NCBI GenBank assembly: GCA_040394915.1
Contig: JBEBRI010000001.1
Location: 51,792 to 115,791, forward strand
Direction: 5' to 3'
Length of the DNA: 64,000 bases
From: Sphingobacterium sp.
GTDB lineage: Bacteria > Bacteroidota > Bacteroidia > Sphingobacteriales > Sphingobacteriaceae
Part shown: positions 56,007-64,000 of the stretch, one piece after another
Layout: the number at the start of each line of letters is the position of its first letter
Position numbering within the stretch: position 1 is the stretch's first letter
The notes under the pieces: model-generated
Seen by the model: the letters and a program-made list of their open reading frames with translations, nothing else
Databases searched by the model: none
Told to the model about the DNA's origin: nothing
Translations under genes and position numbers: made by a program

Positions 56007-57653
56007 ATGCGACAAAGAATTATACAATTGGACCCACAGGATAATGTGTTGGTCGCGTTACAGGATTTAGCGAAAGGTGAATCGGTTATATTTCAAGGGG
56101 AAGAATTTTTATTAAAAGAGGATATTCCAGCAAAGCATAAGTTCTTTATGCGGGACATGGCCGTTGGCGAATCCATAGTGATGTATGGCGTATTGGTTGG
56201 AAAGACTCAGTATGCAGTAGCTTCAGGAGAGCGAATGAGTACGGAAAACACGAAACATGCAACAGATGGATATGCTTTTCGTCAGGTTGACTATCAGTGG
56301 CAAGCACCTAATGTTGATCAGTTTAGAGATCGAACTTTTAGGGGATATGTTCGTTCGGATGGTCGCGTCGGAACAGCAAACTACTGGTTGTTTATTCCAA
56401 CTGTATTCTGCGAGAACAGAAATCTGGATTTAATTAAAGAGGTGATGCATGCTGAATTAGGTTATTCGGTTAGTGCGCCTTTTAGAAATTATACGCAGGC
56501 ATTAAAAAAAGCATTTATTGCCGGAGAAACCTTGATGGATTCTTCTTTTGATGCGATTGCCCAAGCGAAACCGGATACACATCGATTGTTCCCAAATGTC
56601 GATGGTATTAAGTTTTTAACGCATCAAGGTGGATGCGGTGGTACCAGACAGGACGCGGTTATCTTAGGAAAGCTTTTAGCGGCGTATGCGGATCATCCCA
56701 ACGTAGCGGGAATAACGATTTTAAGTCTTGGTTGCCAGAATTTACAACTGAAGGAGCTTATCAATGAGATTAAAACTAGAAATCCAGGTTTCAATAAGCC
56801 TTTATTCAGTTTTGAACATCAAGAGGGCTACACCGAAGAACAAATGGTTAGACTTGCGATCGCTAAAACTTTTCAAGGCTTAGTGCAAATCAATCAATTT
56901 GAGCGGGAGGAGGTCAGCTTAGATAAACTCGTGCTTGGGGTAAAATGTGGGGGTTCTGACGGCTTTAGTGGTATCTCGGCAAACCCAGCCGTTGGCTATG
57001 CGGCTGATTTATTAGTTGCTTTAGGCGGCAAAGTACTTCTTGCCGAGTTTCCTGAGTTATGTGGAGCGGAGCAGAACTTGATTGATCGAACGATTGACGA
57101 AGAAGCTGCGAAGAAGTTCATAACACTTATGCAAGCTTATAGCCAGTCGGCAGAGCGAGTAGGTTCGGGATTCCATATGAATCCATCGCCCGGTAACATC
57201 CGGGATGGACTGATCACCGATGCGATTAAGAGTATGGGGGCTGTGAAAAAAGGAGGAACGGCACCGATTGTCGATGTACTAGATTATACCGAACCGGCCA
57301 CAAAGCCAGGCTTAAGTTTAGTATGTACGCCAGGGAATGATGTTGAAGCAACAACCGGAAAAGCGGCGTCGGGCGCTACGCTAATTTTATTTACAACGGG
57401 ATTAGGAACGCCAACCGGTAATGCCGTATGTCCGGTTATCAAAGTTTCTTCGAATACAGCCTTAGCGAAACGAATGCCCGATATTATTGATATTAATACC
57501 GGAGCTATCATCGAAGGGGAGAAAAGCATCGAACAAATGGGCGAGGAGATATTAGAATACTGTATTCAAGCAGCAAGTGGTGTGATTATACCGAAAGCTG
57601 TACAATTAAATCAAGATGATTTTATTCCATGGAAACGTGGAGTTAGTTTATAA
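56007..57653 (+). CDS. uxaA: Altronate dehydratase
   Basis: SAF domain DNVLVAL...HKF, GYVRSDGRVG, HQGGCG, KCGGSDGFSGISANPAVG, NPSPGN, FTTGLGTP. Confidence 0.92.
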   Translation: MRQRIIQLDPQDNVLVALQDLAKGESVIFQGEEFLLKEDIPAKHKFFMRDMAVGESIVMYGVLVGKTQYAVASGERMSTENTKHATDGYAFRQVDYQWQAPNVDQFRDRTFRGYVRSDGRVGTANYWLFIPTVFCENRNLDLIKEVMHAELGYSVSAPFRNYTQALKKAFIAGETLMDSSFDAIAQAKPDTHRLFPNVDGIKFLTHQGGCGGTRQDAVILGKLLAAYADHPNVAGITILSLGCQNLQLKELINEIKTRNPGFNKPLFSFEHQEGYTEEQMVRLAIAKTFQGLVQINQFEREEVSLDKLVLGVKCGGSDGFSGISANPAVGYAADLLVALGGKVLLAEFPELCGAEQNLIDRTIDEEAAKKFITLMQAYSQSAERVGSGFHMNPSPGNIRDGLITDAIKSMGAVKKGGTAPIVDVLDYTEPATKPGLSLVCTPGNDVEATTGKAASGATLILFTTGLGTPTGNAVCPVIKVSSNTALAKRMPDIIDINTGAIIEGEKSIEQMGEEILEYCIQAASGVIIPKAVQLNQDDFIPWKRGVSL

Positions 57654-57664
57654 GCGAAAATAGT

Positions 57665-59065
57665 ATGAAAGCATTTTTAGATCAAGATTTCTTGTTGCTG
57701 AGTGAGACAGCGAAGAAGCTCTACCATGATTACGCCAAGTCTTTGCCGATTATTGATTATCACAATCACTTAATTCCGGAGCAAATTGCAAAGAATACAA
57801 AATTTGAAAACCTAAGTCAAGTTTGGCTTTATGGGGATCATTACAAGTGGCGGGCAATGCGCACACATGGAATTCCAGAGCAATACATCACGGGGGATGC
57901 TTCAGATCGTGAAAAATTCAGAAAATGGGCAGAAACTGTTCCCTACACAATGCGCAATCCCTTATATCATTGGACACATTTAGAATTACAGCGTTATTTT
58001 GGAATAACGGAACAGTTGAATGCGGATTCTGCGGATCGCATTTTTGATCAGACCACCGAACAATTGAAAGACGCTAGTCATTCAGTGCATGGCTTGCTGA
58101 ATAGGATGAATGTGGAAATTGTTTGTACAACAGATGATCCCTTGGACAATTTAGCGTACCATCAAGCCTTTGCTCAAGAGGGTCAAAGCTTTCGAATGCT
58201 TCCGGCTTTCCGTCCAGACAAGGCTATGCAAGCGGAAGATGTGGGTAGTTTGAACGCTTATATTGATCGCTTAGCGTTGGTTGTGGATCGTCCTATCGGC
58301 GACTTGAATGGTTACTTGGATGCGTTAAAAAGTAGACATGATTATTTCGCAAAACATGGTGGGACGATATCTGACCATGGATTAGAGCAAATTTATGTGT
58401 CTGATTATACGGAAGCCGAGATAGCCAATATCTTCTTAAAAATTCGTCAGCGTTTGCAACTAACTACTGAGGAGGTTTTGAAATTCAAATCGGCGATGTT
58501 AGTGTATTTTGCGCAATGGGATCATGAGAAAGGTTGGGTTCAACAATACCATTTAGGAGCCTTGCGCAATAATAATGCACGGATGTTGAAACAGAATGGT
58601 CCGGACACCGGATGGGATTCTATTGGTGATTTTGTGCAGGGAAAGGCCCTGTCGGCATTTTTCAATAAGTTGGACTCGAATAATCAGTTAGCGAAAACGA
58701 TAATTTATAATCTAAATCCAGCCGATAACGAGCTTTTCGCAACGATGATTGGGAATTTTAATGATGGTTCGGTGCGTGGGAAGATGCAATTCGGATCAGC
58801 ATGGTGGTTCTTAGATCAAAAGGATGGCATGACGAAACAGATTAATGCGCTTTCGAATATGGGGCTCCTAAGTTGTATGGTCGGCATGTTGACGGATTCA
58901 AGAAGTTTCTTATCCTTCCCGAGACATGAATATTTCCGTCGTCTACTATGTAATATCTTCGCGGAAGATATTGAGAACGGCGAGCTTCCCAATGATTTGC
59001 CTTGGGTCGGAAAATTAGTGTCGGACATCTGTTATTATAATGCAAAAGAATATTTCAATTTTTAA
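57665..59065 (+). CDS. uxaC: Uronate isomerase
   Basis: PIIDYHNH, GDHYKWRAMR, NPLYHWTHLEL, CTTDDP, GSAWWFLD, GMLTDSRSFLSFPRHEYFRR. Confidence 0.96.
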   Translation: MKAFLDQDFLLLSETAKKLYHDYAKSLPIIDYHNHLIPEQIAKNTKFENLSQVWLYGDHYKWRAMRTHGIPEQYITGDASDREKFRKWAETVPYTMRNPLYHWTHLELQRYFGITEQLNADSADRIFDQTTEQLKDASHSVHGLLNRMNVEIVCTTDDPLDNLAYHQAFAQEGQSFRMLPAFRPDKAMQAEDVGSLNAYIDRLALVVDRPIGDLNGYLDALKSRHDYFAKHGGTISDHGLEQIYVSDYTEAEIANIFLKIRQRLQLTTEEVLKFKSAMLVYFAQWDHEKGWVQQYHLGALRNNNARMLKQNGPDTGWDSIGDFVQGKALSAFFNKLDSNNQLAKTIIYNLNPADNELFATMIGNFNDGSVRGKMQFGSAWWFLDQKDGMTKQINALSNMGLLSCMVGMLTDSRSFLSFPRHEYFRRLLCNIFAEDIENGELPNDLPWVGKLVSDICYYNAKEYFNF

Positions 59066-59103
59066 AACAAGAATATAAATACAATCAACCTAAACCTATT
59101 AAA

Positions 59104-60723
59104 ATGGAATTCGATTTAGAGAATTTATTTTATCGGGAGGAAGACATTCCTGCCGAGTTTACCTTAGATGAAGAGATTCATCAGCGCGAGTTTTTAAGTA
59201 ATGGGACGATGCATCCTTGGACAGGGAAAAGCAGTGAAGTTTTCTCGCCTATCTGCGTCAAAACCAAAGATGGATTAGTTCGAAAGCGTATTGGGAGCTA
59301 TCCGGTATGCACGGAGAAGGAATCCATGGAGGCTTTAGAGGCTGCCGTGAAAGCCTATGATAATGGGCGTGGTGTTTGGCCAACGATGAGTGTGGCGGAT
59401 CGAATCGCTTGCGTAGAACAATTTACGCAGAAAATGATTGCGAAACGCGATTTGGTAGTGAAGCTTATTATGTGGGAAATCGGTAAATCATTTGCCGACT
59501 CGCAAAAAGAGTTTGATCGGACAGTTGATTATATCTACGCGACCATTGACGCCCTGAAAGATTTAGATCGAGACAATTCTCGCTTTCAAATTGAACAGGG
59601 TATTATTGCGCAGATCAGACGTTCGCCGCTGGGCGTAGTACTTTGTATGGGACCGTTCAACTATCCGTTAAATGAGACTTTTACTACCTTAATTCCCGCA
59701 TTAATTATGGGGAATACCATGTTATTCAAACCACCTAAACATGGAACCCTTTTGCACTATCCGTTATTGGAAGCTTTCCAAAGTTGTTTTCCTAAAGGTG
59801 TCGTGAATACGATTTATGGACGTGGCAACACCATCGTTCCGCAATTAATGCAGTCGGGTCAAATAAATGTATTGACGTTAATTGGCTCTAGCCGTGTTGC
59901 CAATGAGCTCAAAAAATTGCATCCAAAGGTAAACCGCCTACGTGCCATACTAGGGTTGGATGCCAAGAATGCGGCTATTATCAGCAAAGACGCGGATTTA
60001 GATCTTGCTGTAAAAGAAACAGTATTAGGTTCGCTTTCCTTTAATGGACAACGTTGTACTGCATTAAAAATTATTTACGTTCATCGTAGCGTAGCAACAG
60101 CATTCTTGGATAAGTTAAGCGAGGAAGTGAGTAAGCTGAAATACGGCATGCCTTGGGAGGAGGGGGTGGTATTGACGCCACTTCCGGAGCCTCAAAAGCC
60201 TGCATACTTGAGCGCATGTTTAGCCGATGCTATTGCGCACGGCGCTAAATTGATCAATCCGAATGCGGGTGAAACAAATGAATCATTTTTCTATCCGGCT
60301 ATCGTTTACCCGGTGAATGAAAAGATGAAACTTTATCGGGAAGAACAGTTTGGGCCTGTGATTCCCGTTGTTCCGTTTGACGATCTGGAGGAACCTATCG
60401 AATATATTATTGGTTCTGCTCATGGTCAACAAGTGAGTATTTTCAGTAACAAAACGGAGGTGATTAGCTCTTTAATTGATCCATTAGTCAATCAAGTAAG
60501 CCGCGTAAATATTAATGCACAATGTCAACGAGGTCCAGATATTTTTCCGTTTACGGGCCGAAAGGATAGTGCCGAGGGCACATTATCGGTATTTGATGCG
60601 TTACGTTCGTTTTCAATCCGTTCTTTAGTAACTACAAAAGACACGACAGCGAATAAAGCTTTAATCAATAAAATTGTGGAAGATGGAACCTCAAACTTCT
60701 TGAGTACCAAGTTTATATTTTAA
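59104..60723 (+). CDS. gapN: Non-phosphorylating NADP-dependent glyceraldehyde-3-phosphate dehydrogenase (ALDH family)
   Basis: PLGVVLCMGPFNYPLNETF, FKPP, LGLDAKN, SFNGQRCTA, EEQFGP, PFTGRKDSAEGTLSV. Confidence 0.85.
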   Translation: MEFDLENLFYREEDIPAEFTLDEEIHQREFLSNGTMHPWTGKSSEVFSPICVKTKDGLVRKRIGSYPVCTEKESMEALEAAVKAYDNGRGVWPTMSVADRIACVEQFTQKMIAKRDLVVKLIMWEIGKSFADSQKEFDRTVDYIYATIDALKDLDRDNSRFQIEQGIIAQIRRSPLGVVLCMGPFNYPLNETFTTLIPALIMGNTMLFKPPKHGTLLHYPLLEAFQSCFPKGVVNTIYGRGNTIVPQLMQSGQINVLTLIGSSRVANELKKLHPKVNRLRAILGLDAKNAAIISKDADLDLAVKETVLGSLSFNGQRCTALKIIYVHRSVATAFLDKLSEEVSKLKYGMPWEEGVVLTPLPEPQKPAYLSACLADAIAHGAKLINPNAGETNESFFYPAIVYPVNEKMKLYREEQFGPVIPVVPFDDLEEPIEYIIGSAHGQQVSIFSNKTEVISSLIDPLVNQVSRVNINAQCQRGPDIFPFTGRKDSAEGTLSVFDALRSFSIRSLVTTKDTTANKALINKIVEDGTSNFLSTKFIF

Positions 60724-60789
60724 TCATCTAGTTACCTATAGTTTTATATTAGCAGAAAAGGCTCTTTTTATAGATGGATGGCGCCTGAC

Positions 60790-60823
60790 AAGGATTGTCT
60801 TATTAGACAATCCTTTGTTTTTT
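60790..60823 (+). terminator. Intrinsic terminator after gapN
   Basis: AAGGATTGTCT-tatt-AGACAATCCTT followed by TGTTTTTT. Confidence 0.8.
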
Positions 60824-60874
60824 CCTTGTTCGTATGCTATATAATTTTCGATATATTTCTCTAAATTTATCGAC

Positions 60875-61897
60875 ATGAGCCAAGACCAATACACCCTAAA
60901 AGATATTGCTAAGGTTTTGAACTTATCGCCCTCGACCGTTTCTCGTGCTTTGCGAGATAGCCATGAGATCAGTGAGGAGACAAAACGTTTAGTGCTGGAG
61001 TATGCGACGAAAGTCAATTATCGAGCAAATCCATTAGCTCGAGGCTTGAAAGAGCGTAAGAGTTATAGCATCGGGATTGTCGTGAGCGAGATTGCGAATA
61101 ACTTTTTTTCGCAAGTGATCGATGGTATTGAGTCGGTTGCCTACCACAAGAACTATCAGGTTGTCATTTCTCAAACCAATGAATCCGCAGAGCGTGAACG
61201 CTTTCATGTCGAACATTTTTACTCTCGTTCAACCGATGGATTATTAATGGCCATGTCTTCGGAAAGCTCTGATAACAGTTATTTGGAGGGTTTGATGGCG
61301 AGAGGTATGCCGATTGTCTTTTTTGATCGGATTCCAAAACAAGTCAAGAGTCATCAGGTTATTACTGATAATAAACGCGCAGCTTATGAAAGTGTACAAT
61401 TTCTAGTAAAAAAGGGCTGTAAGCGGATTGCAATGTTGAGTTCATCGAAAAAGTTATCCAATAGCCAGGAGCGTTTGGAAGGATTTAAACTGGGGTTAAT
61501 TGCGCAACACTTGGAATTTGATAAAAACTTAGTGCAGTATTGTGAGTATGGAGGTTTAAAGCAATCTGAAATTGATCTCGCGATAGCGCATTTTGCAGAA
61601 CTCGACTATGATGGTATTTTCTTATCTGGAGATAAGTTGACGACTGGTTATTTACAGGCATTGAGGAACTATCCTAAACTTGCAAAGAAACCCATTGAAA
61701 TTGTCGGATTTACAAATTCAAACTTAGTCGATATCTTTTCTCCAAAAATCACTGCCGTACGCCAGTCGGCATTTGAAATGGGCAAAAAGGCAGCAGAGCT
61801 TTTAATCGAACAAATCGAGTCAAGAGGAAAGGAAGTCAGCTTCAAAACGGTTGTCCTGCCTGTTGAACTGATTGAAGCGGGAGGAATGACGAACTGA
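60875..61897 (+). CDS. LacI-family transcriptional regulator
   Basis: TLKDIAKVLNLSPSTVSRAL, YRANPLARGL, PIVFFDR, ITAVRQ. Confidence 0.95.
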   Translation: MSQDQYTLKDIAKVLNLSPSTVSRALRDSHEISEETKRLVLEYATKVNYRANPLARGLKERKSYSIGIVVSEIANNFFSQVIDGIESVAYHKNYQVVISQTNESAERERFHVEHFYSRSTDGLLMAMSSESSDNSYLEGLMARGMPIVFFDRIPKQVKSHQVITDNKRAAYESVQFLVKKGCKRIAMLSSSKKLSNSQERLEGFKLGLIAQHLEFDKNLVQYCEYGGLKQSEIDLAIAHFAELDYDGIFLSGDKLTTGYLQALRNYPKLAKKPIEIVGFTNSNLVDIFSPKITAVRQSAFEMGKKAAELLIEQIESRGKEVSFKTVVLPVELIEAGGMTN

Positions 61898-61948
61898 TTA
61901 GCGAAACGATCTTGATATTTGTGGTTAAAACAAAATGCGCAGTGATCC

Positions 61949-62818
61949 ATGGATAAAAACAAAATTAATGCAGATGAATTTGTGGCGAAGTTTATGGAAG
62001 ATGGACTCAAACATCTTACTTATATTCAGACGCCTATAAAGATTTTTGATTTAGTTGATATTGCACCCTATTTGAAGACCCCTATTCCACCGATATTTTT
62101 CGGGTATAATTTATTGATACATATTACTGAGGGATATTTCACGCATCAGATAGAATCGACGACCTTTAAAGTGGAAGCGCCGGCTGTAGTTATTTGTAAC
62201 TACGGTACAATATCCGCCATCCATTCGGTTGATAAGCTCGCAAAAGGACACTGTATTTTGATTAAAGAACAAGCGATGACCTCTCTATTTCGAGAAACAG
62301 AAATCCTGAATATTTTTACCATTTCCCCTTTATTGAATTTGTCTGATGATGATAGTAATGATTTAGGCGGTTTGTTAGGTTTATTGCATAAGGAGATATA
62401 CAGTAAAAGTCCTTATAAAGAGTACTACGAAAGTATTTTTAGGACTGCATTACTCAAGATCATCAAATTGTCTACTGTCAATGAAACGTTAGGCCGTCGC
62501 GACGAGATTGCCATAGCGTTTAAACAGTTAGTTCATCTTCATTTCAGTGAGCAGAAATCTGTGCAATTTTATGCTGATAAACTTGCTGTCTCTGTGAACT
62601 ATTTAAATCGTTGTGTATCTGGAGTTTTTAAGAAGTCCTCCAAGCAGTTAATCCTTGAGGTCGCTATTATTCATAGCCAATTATTGCTTCTCGAAACAAA
62701 TAAGACAATTGCTAATATTGCCTACGAATTAGAATTTGAAGATCCTTCTTATTTCACTCGTATCTTTAAGAAAATCGTAGGGATTTCGCCGTCTGAGTAT
62801 AGGCGCACAGGAAGTTAG
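61949..62818 (+). CDS. AraC-family transcriptional regulator
   Basis: SVQFYADKLAVSVNYLN, IAYELEFEDPSYFTRIFKKIVGISPSEYR. Confidence 0.92.
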   Translation: MDKNKINADEFVAKFMEDGLKHLTYIQTPIKIFDLVDIAPYLKTPIPPIFFGYNLLIHITEGYFTHQIESTTFKVEAPAVVICNYGTISAIHSVDKLAKGHCILIKEQAMTSLFRETEILNIFTISPLLNLSDDDSNDLGGLLGLLHKEIYSKSPYKEYYESIFRTALLKIIKLSTVNETLGRRDEIAIAFKQLVHLHFSEQKSVQFYADKLAVSVNYLNRCVSGVFKKSSKQLILEVAIIHSQLLLLETNKTIANIAYELEFEDPSYFTRIFKKIVGISPSEYRRTGS

Positions 62819-63013
62819 CAAAAAACCGAAATGCACGATTTGTCCTATTTATTGTTCAAAATTCCATAGTCCATACCTCGCATTCTTTTTAATTTTACAA
62901 AAGTCAAATATTGTATATTTCGACATATGATATCTATTGAAAAATAAACCTATGAGTCGAAATTGCCTTTTATGAGCGAATACAATAATTGTTAATGTAA
63001 AATTGAAACAAAA

Positions 63014-64000
63014 ATGTCTAACACTATTAGTCAACTAAATTACAGCAACTATATTAGTTCATTTAGAGCACATTTAAAGCAACTTTTTAGAGAGGAATAC
63101 GATTTTAATGCACTTAGTTTAAACCGTGACTTGCCGGCAGATTTCTTGGCAAAGATAATGGATAAAAAACCATTGTCCGTAGCTATACCAGAAATTCACG
63201 GTGGTCGTGGCGTACATGTAAAAGAGTGTCTTGGCGTACTATCGGCTGCATCATACGAATCATTAGCTTTATCGCTCATGTTTGGTATCAATATCGCCCT
63301 GTTTTTAGAACCCTTGGCGAAATACGGTAACTTTCCAGTTCAGGAACGTATCTTCAAGCAATTTCTAGAAAATAATGCAATGGGTGGTTTAATGATCACT
63401 GAGAAAGCATACGGAAGCGATGCGTTAAATATGAAGACAAGTTACCAGCAGCTTGCAGATTCTTACAAAATTAAAGGTGAAAAACACTGGCAGGGTTTAA
63501 GTGGCGCTGCTGACTTTTGGTTGGTTACGGCAAGAAAACAAGCTGAGAATGGGGATCTTTCTAGGGATATCGACTTCTTTGTTACAGATAATAGCAATGC
63601 TAATCAGCACATTCCAATGGTTGAACGTTATGAAAACCTAGGATTATATGCCATTCCATATGGCGTTAATGTGATTGATATCGAAGTCCCTGAAGAACAG
63701 AAACTGACTCCAGAAAGCACAGGAATTAAATTGATGCTCGATATGCTACACCGTAGCAGGCTTCAGTTTCCAGGGATGGGACTTGGCTTTATTAAGCGTT
63801 TGTTAGATGAGTCATTGCAACATTGCCAACAAAGAATTGTTAGCGGCTCTCCTTTGATTAATATCGATTCTGTAAAGTATCAATTAGCGAGACTTCAAGC
63901 CGCATTTACCATTAATTCTGGGATGTGTGCTTTTAGTGTTAAGAGTAGTGGCATTGAACACGACTTGGCCACGATGAGTATTGAAGCGAACTCGTTAAAA
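63014..64000 (+). CDS. Acyl-CoA dehydrogenase family protein (3' truncated; absent from ORF track)
   Basis: Manual translation from ATG 63014: MSNTISQ...IPEIHGGRG...GGLMITEKAYGSDA...IKGEKHWQGLSG..DFWLVTAR; runs off the window end. Confidence 0.85.
   Translation, partial: MSNTISQLNYSNYISSFRAHLKQLFREEYDFNALSLNRDLPADFLAKIMDKKPLSVAIPEIHGGRGVHVKECLGVLSAASYESLALSLMFGINIALFLEPLAKYGNFPVQERIFKQFLENNAMGGLMITEKAYGSDALNMKTSYQQLADSYKIKGEKHWQGLSGAADFWLVTARKQAENGDLSRDIDFFVTDNSNANQHIPMVERYENLGLYAIPYGVNVIDIEVPEEQKLTPESTGIKLMLDMLHRSRLQFPGMGLGFIKRLLDESLQHCQQRIVSGSPLINIDSVKYQLARLQAAFTINSGMCAFSVKSSGIEHDLATMSIEANSLK

Noticed and set aside
223-62010. Numerous 60-140 aa ORFs antisense to or nested in long genes (e.g. 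597-1019, 16550-16855, 33149-33532, 41108-41512, 61669-62010)
   Set aside because: They are shadows of well-supported genes, with no motifs or independent expression signals.
62849-63034. 61-aa minus-strand ORF
   Set aside because: It overlaps the promoter region and start of the acyl-CoA dehydrogenase on the plus strand.
1-64000. rRNA, tRNA, IS elements, integrases, prophage or anti-phage defence genes
   Set aside because: None recognised; every long ORF is accounted for by metabolic, transport, regulatory or unknown-function genes.

Overview
64-kb chromosomal window from a Bacteroidota genome, most likely Sphingobacteriaceae (inferred from SusC/SusD, HmuY, a DUF6266-like gene, TAnnTTTG promoters and AT-rich DNA). 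I found no rRNA, tRNA, CRISPR array or transposase. Contents in order: (1) 1-10569, the tail of a polysaccharide-utilisation locus with a DUF5018-like lipoprotein, two GHL10-like hydrolases, a DUF5009-like membrane protein broken by two in-frame stops, two SGNH esterases, a DUF4434-like protein and an N-acylglucosamine 2-epimerase; (2) a bestrophin gene; (3) 11972-32657, the most interesting part: two operons carrying the same perfect operator (ATATGTA-N-TACATAT) around a FadR/GntR gene. They encode a NanA-like aldolase, SusC/SusD, an Asp-box sialidase-like protein, a NanM-like kelch protein, two amidohydrolases, a PLP beta-lyase with RidA, a class III aminotransferase, two SDRs, a lactonase-AKR fusion, an MFS transporter and an unclassified glycosidase, but no kinase. 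I infer a non-phosphorylative catabolic route for a diamino nonulosonic acid (pseudaminic/legionaminic type) or a related amino-sugar acid; this is a hypothesis, not a demonstrated function. (4) glycerate kinase and a 2-hydroxyacid dehydrogenase; (5) a heme uptake locus (HmuR/HmuY/heme oxygenase/HmuY-like, HmuTUV, AraC) with three 23-bp boxes; (6) an esterase, a DUF6266-like gene with an 11-bp periodic repeat and a small hydrophilic protein; (7) a second GntR-controlled amidohydrolase/SSS/lactonase operon; (8) an orphan histidine kinase; (9) uxaB-uxaA-uxaC-gapN, LacI, AraC and a truncated acyl-CoA dehydrogenase. All family assignments come from motif recognition by eye, without database searches.
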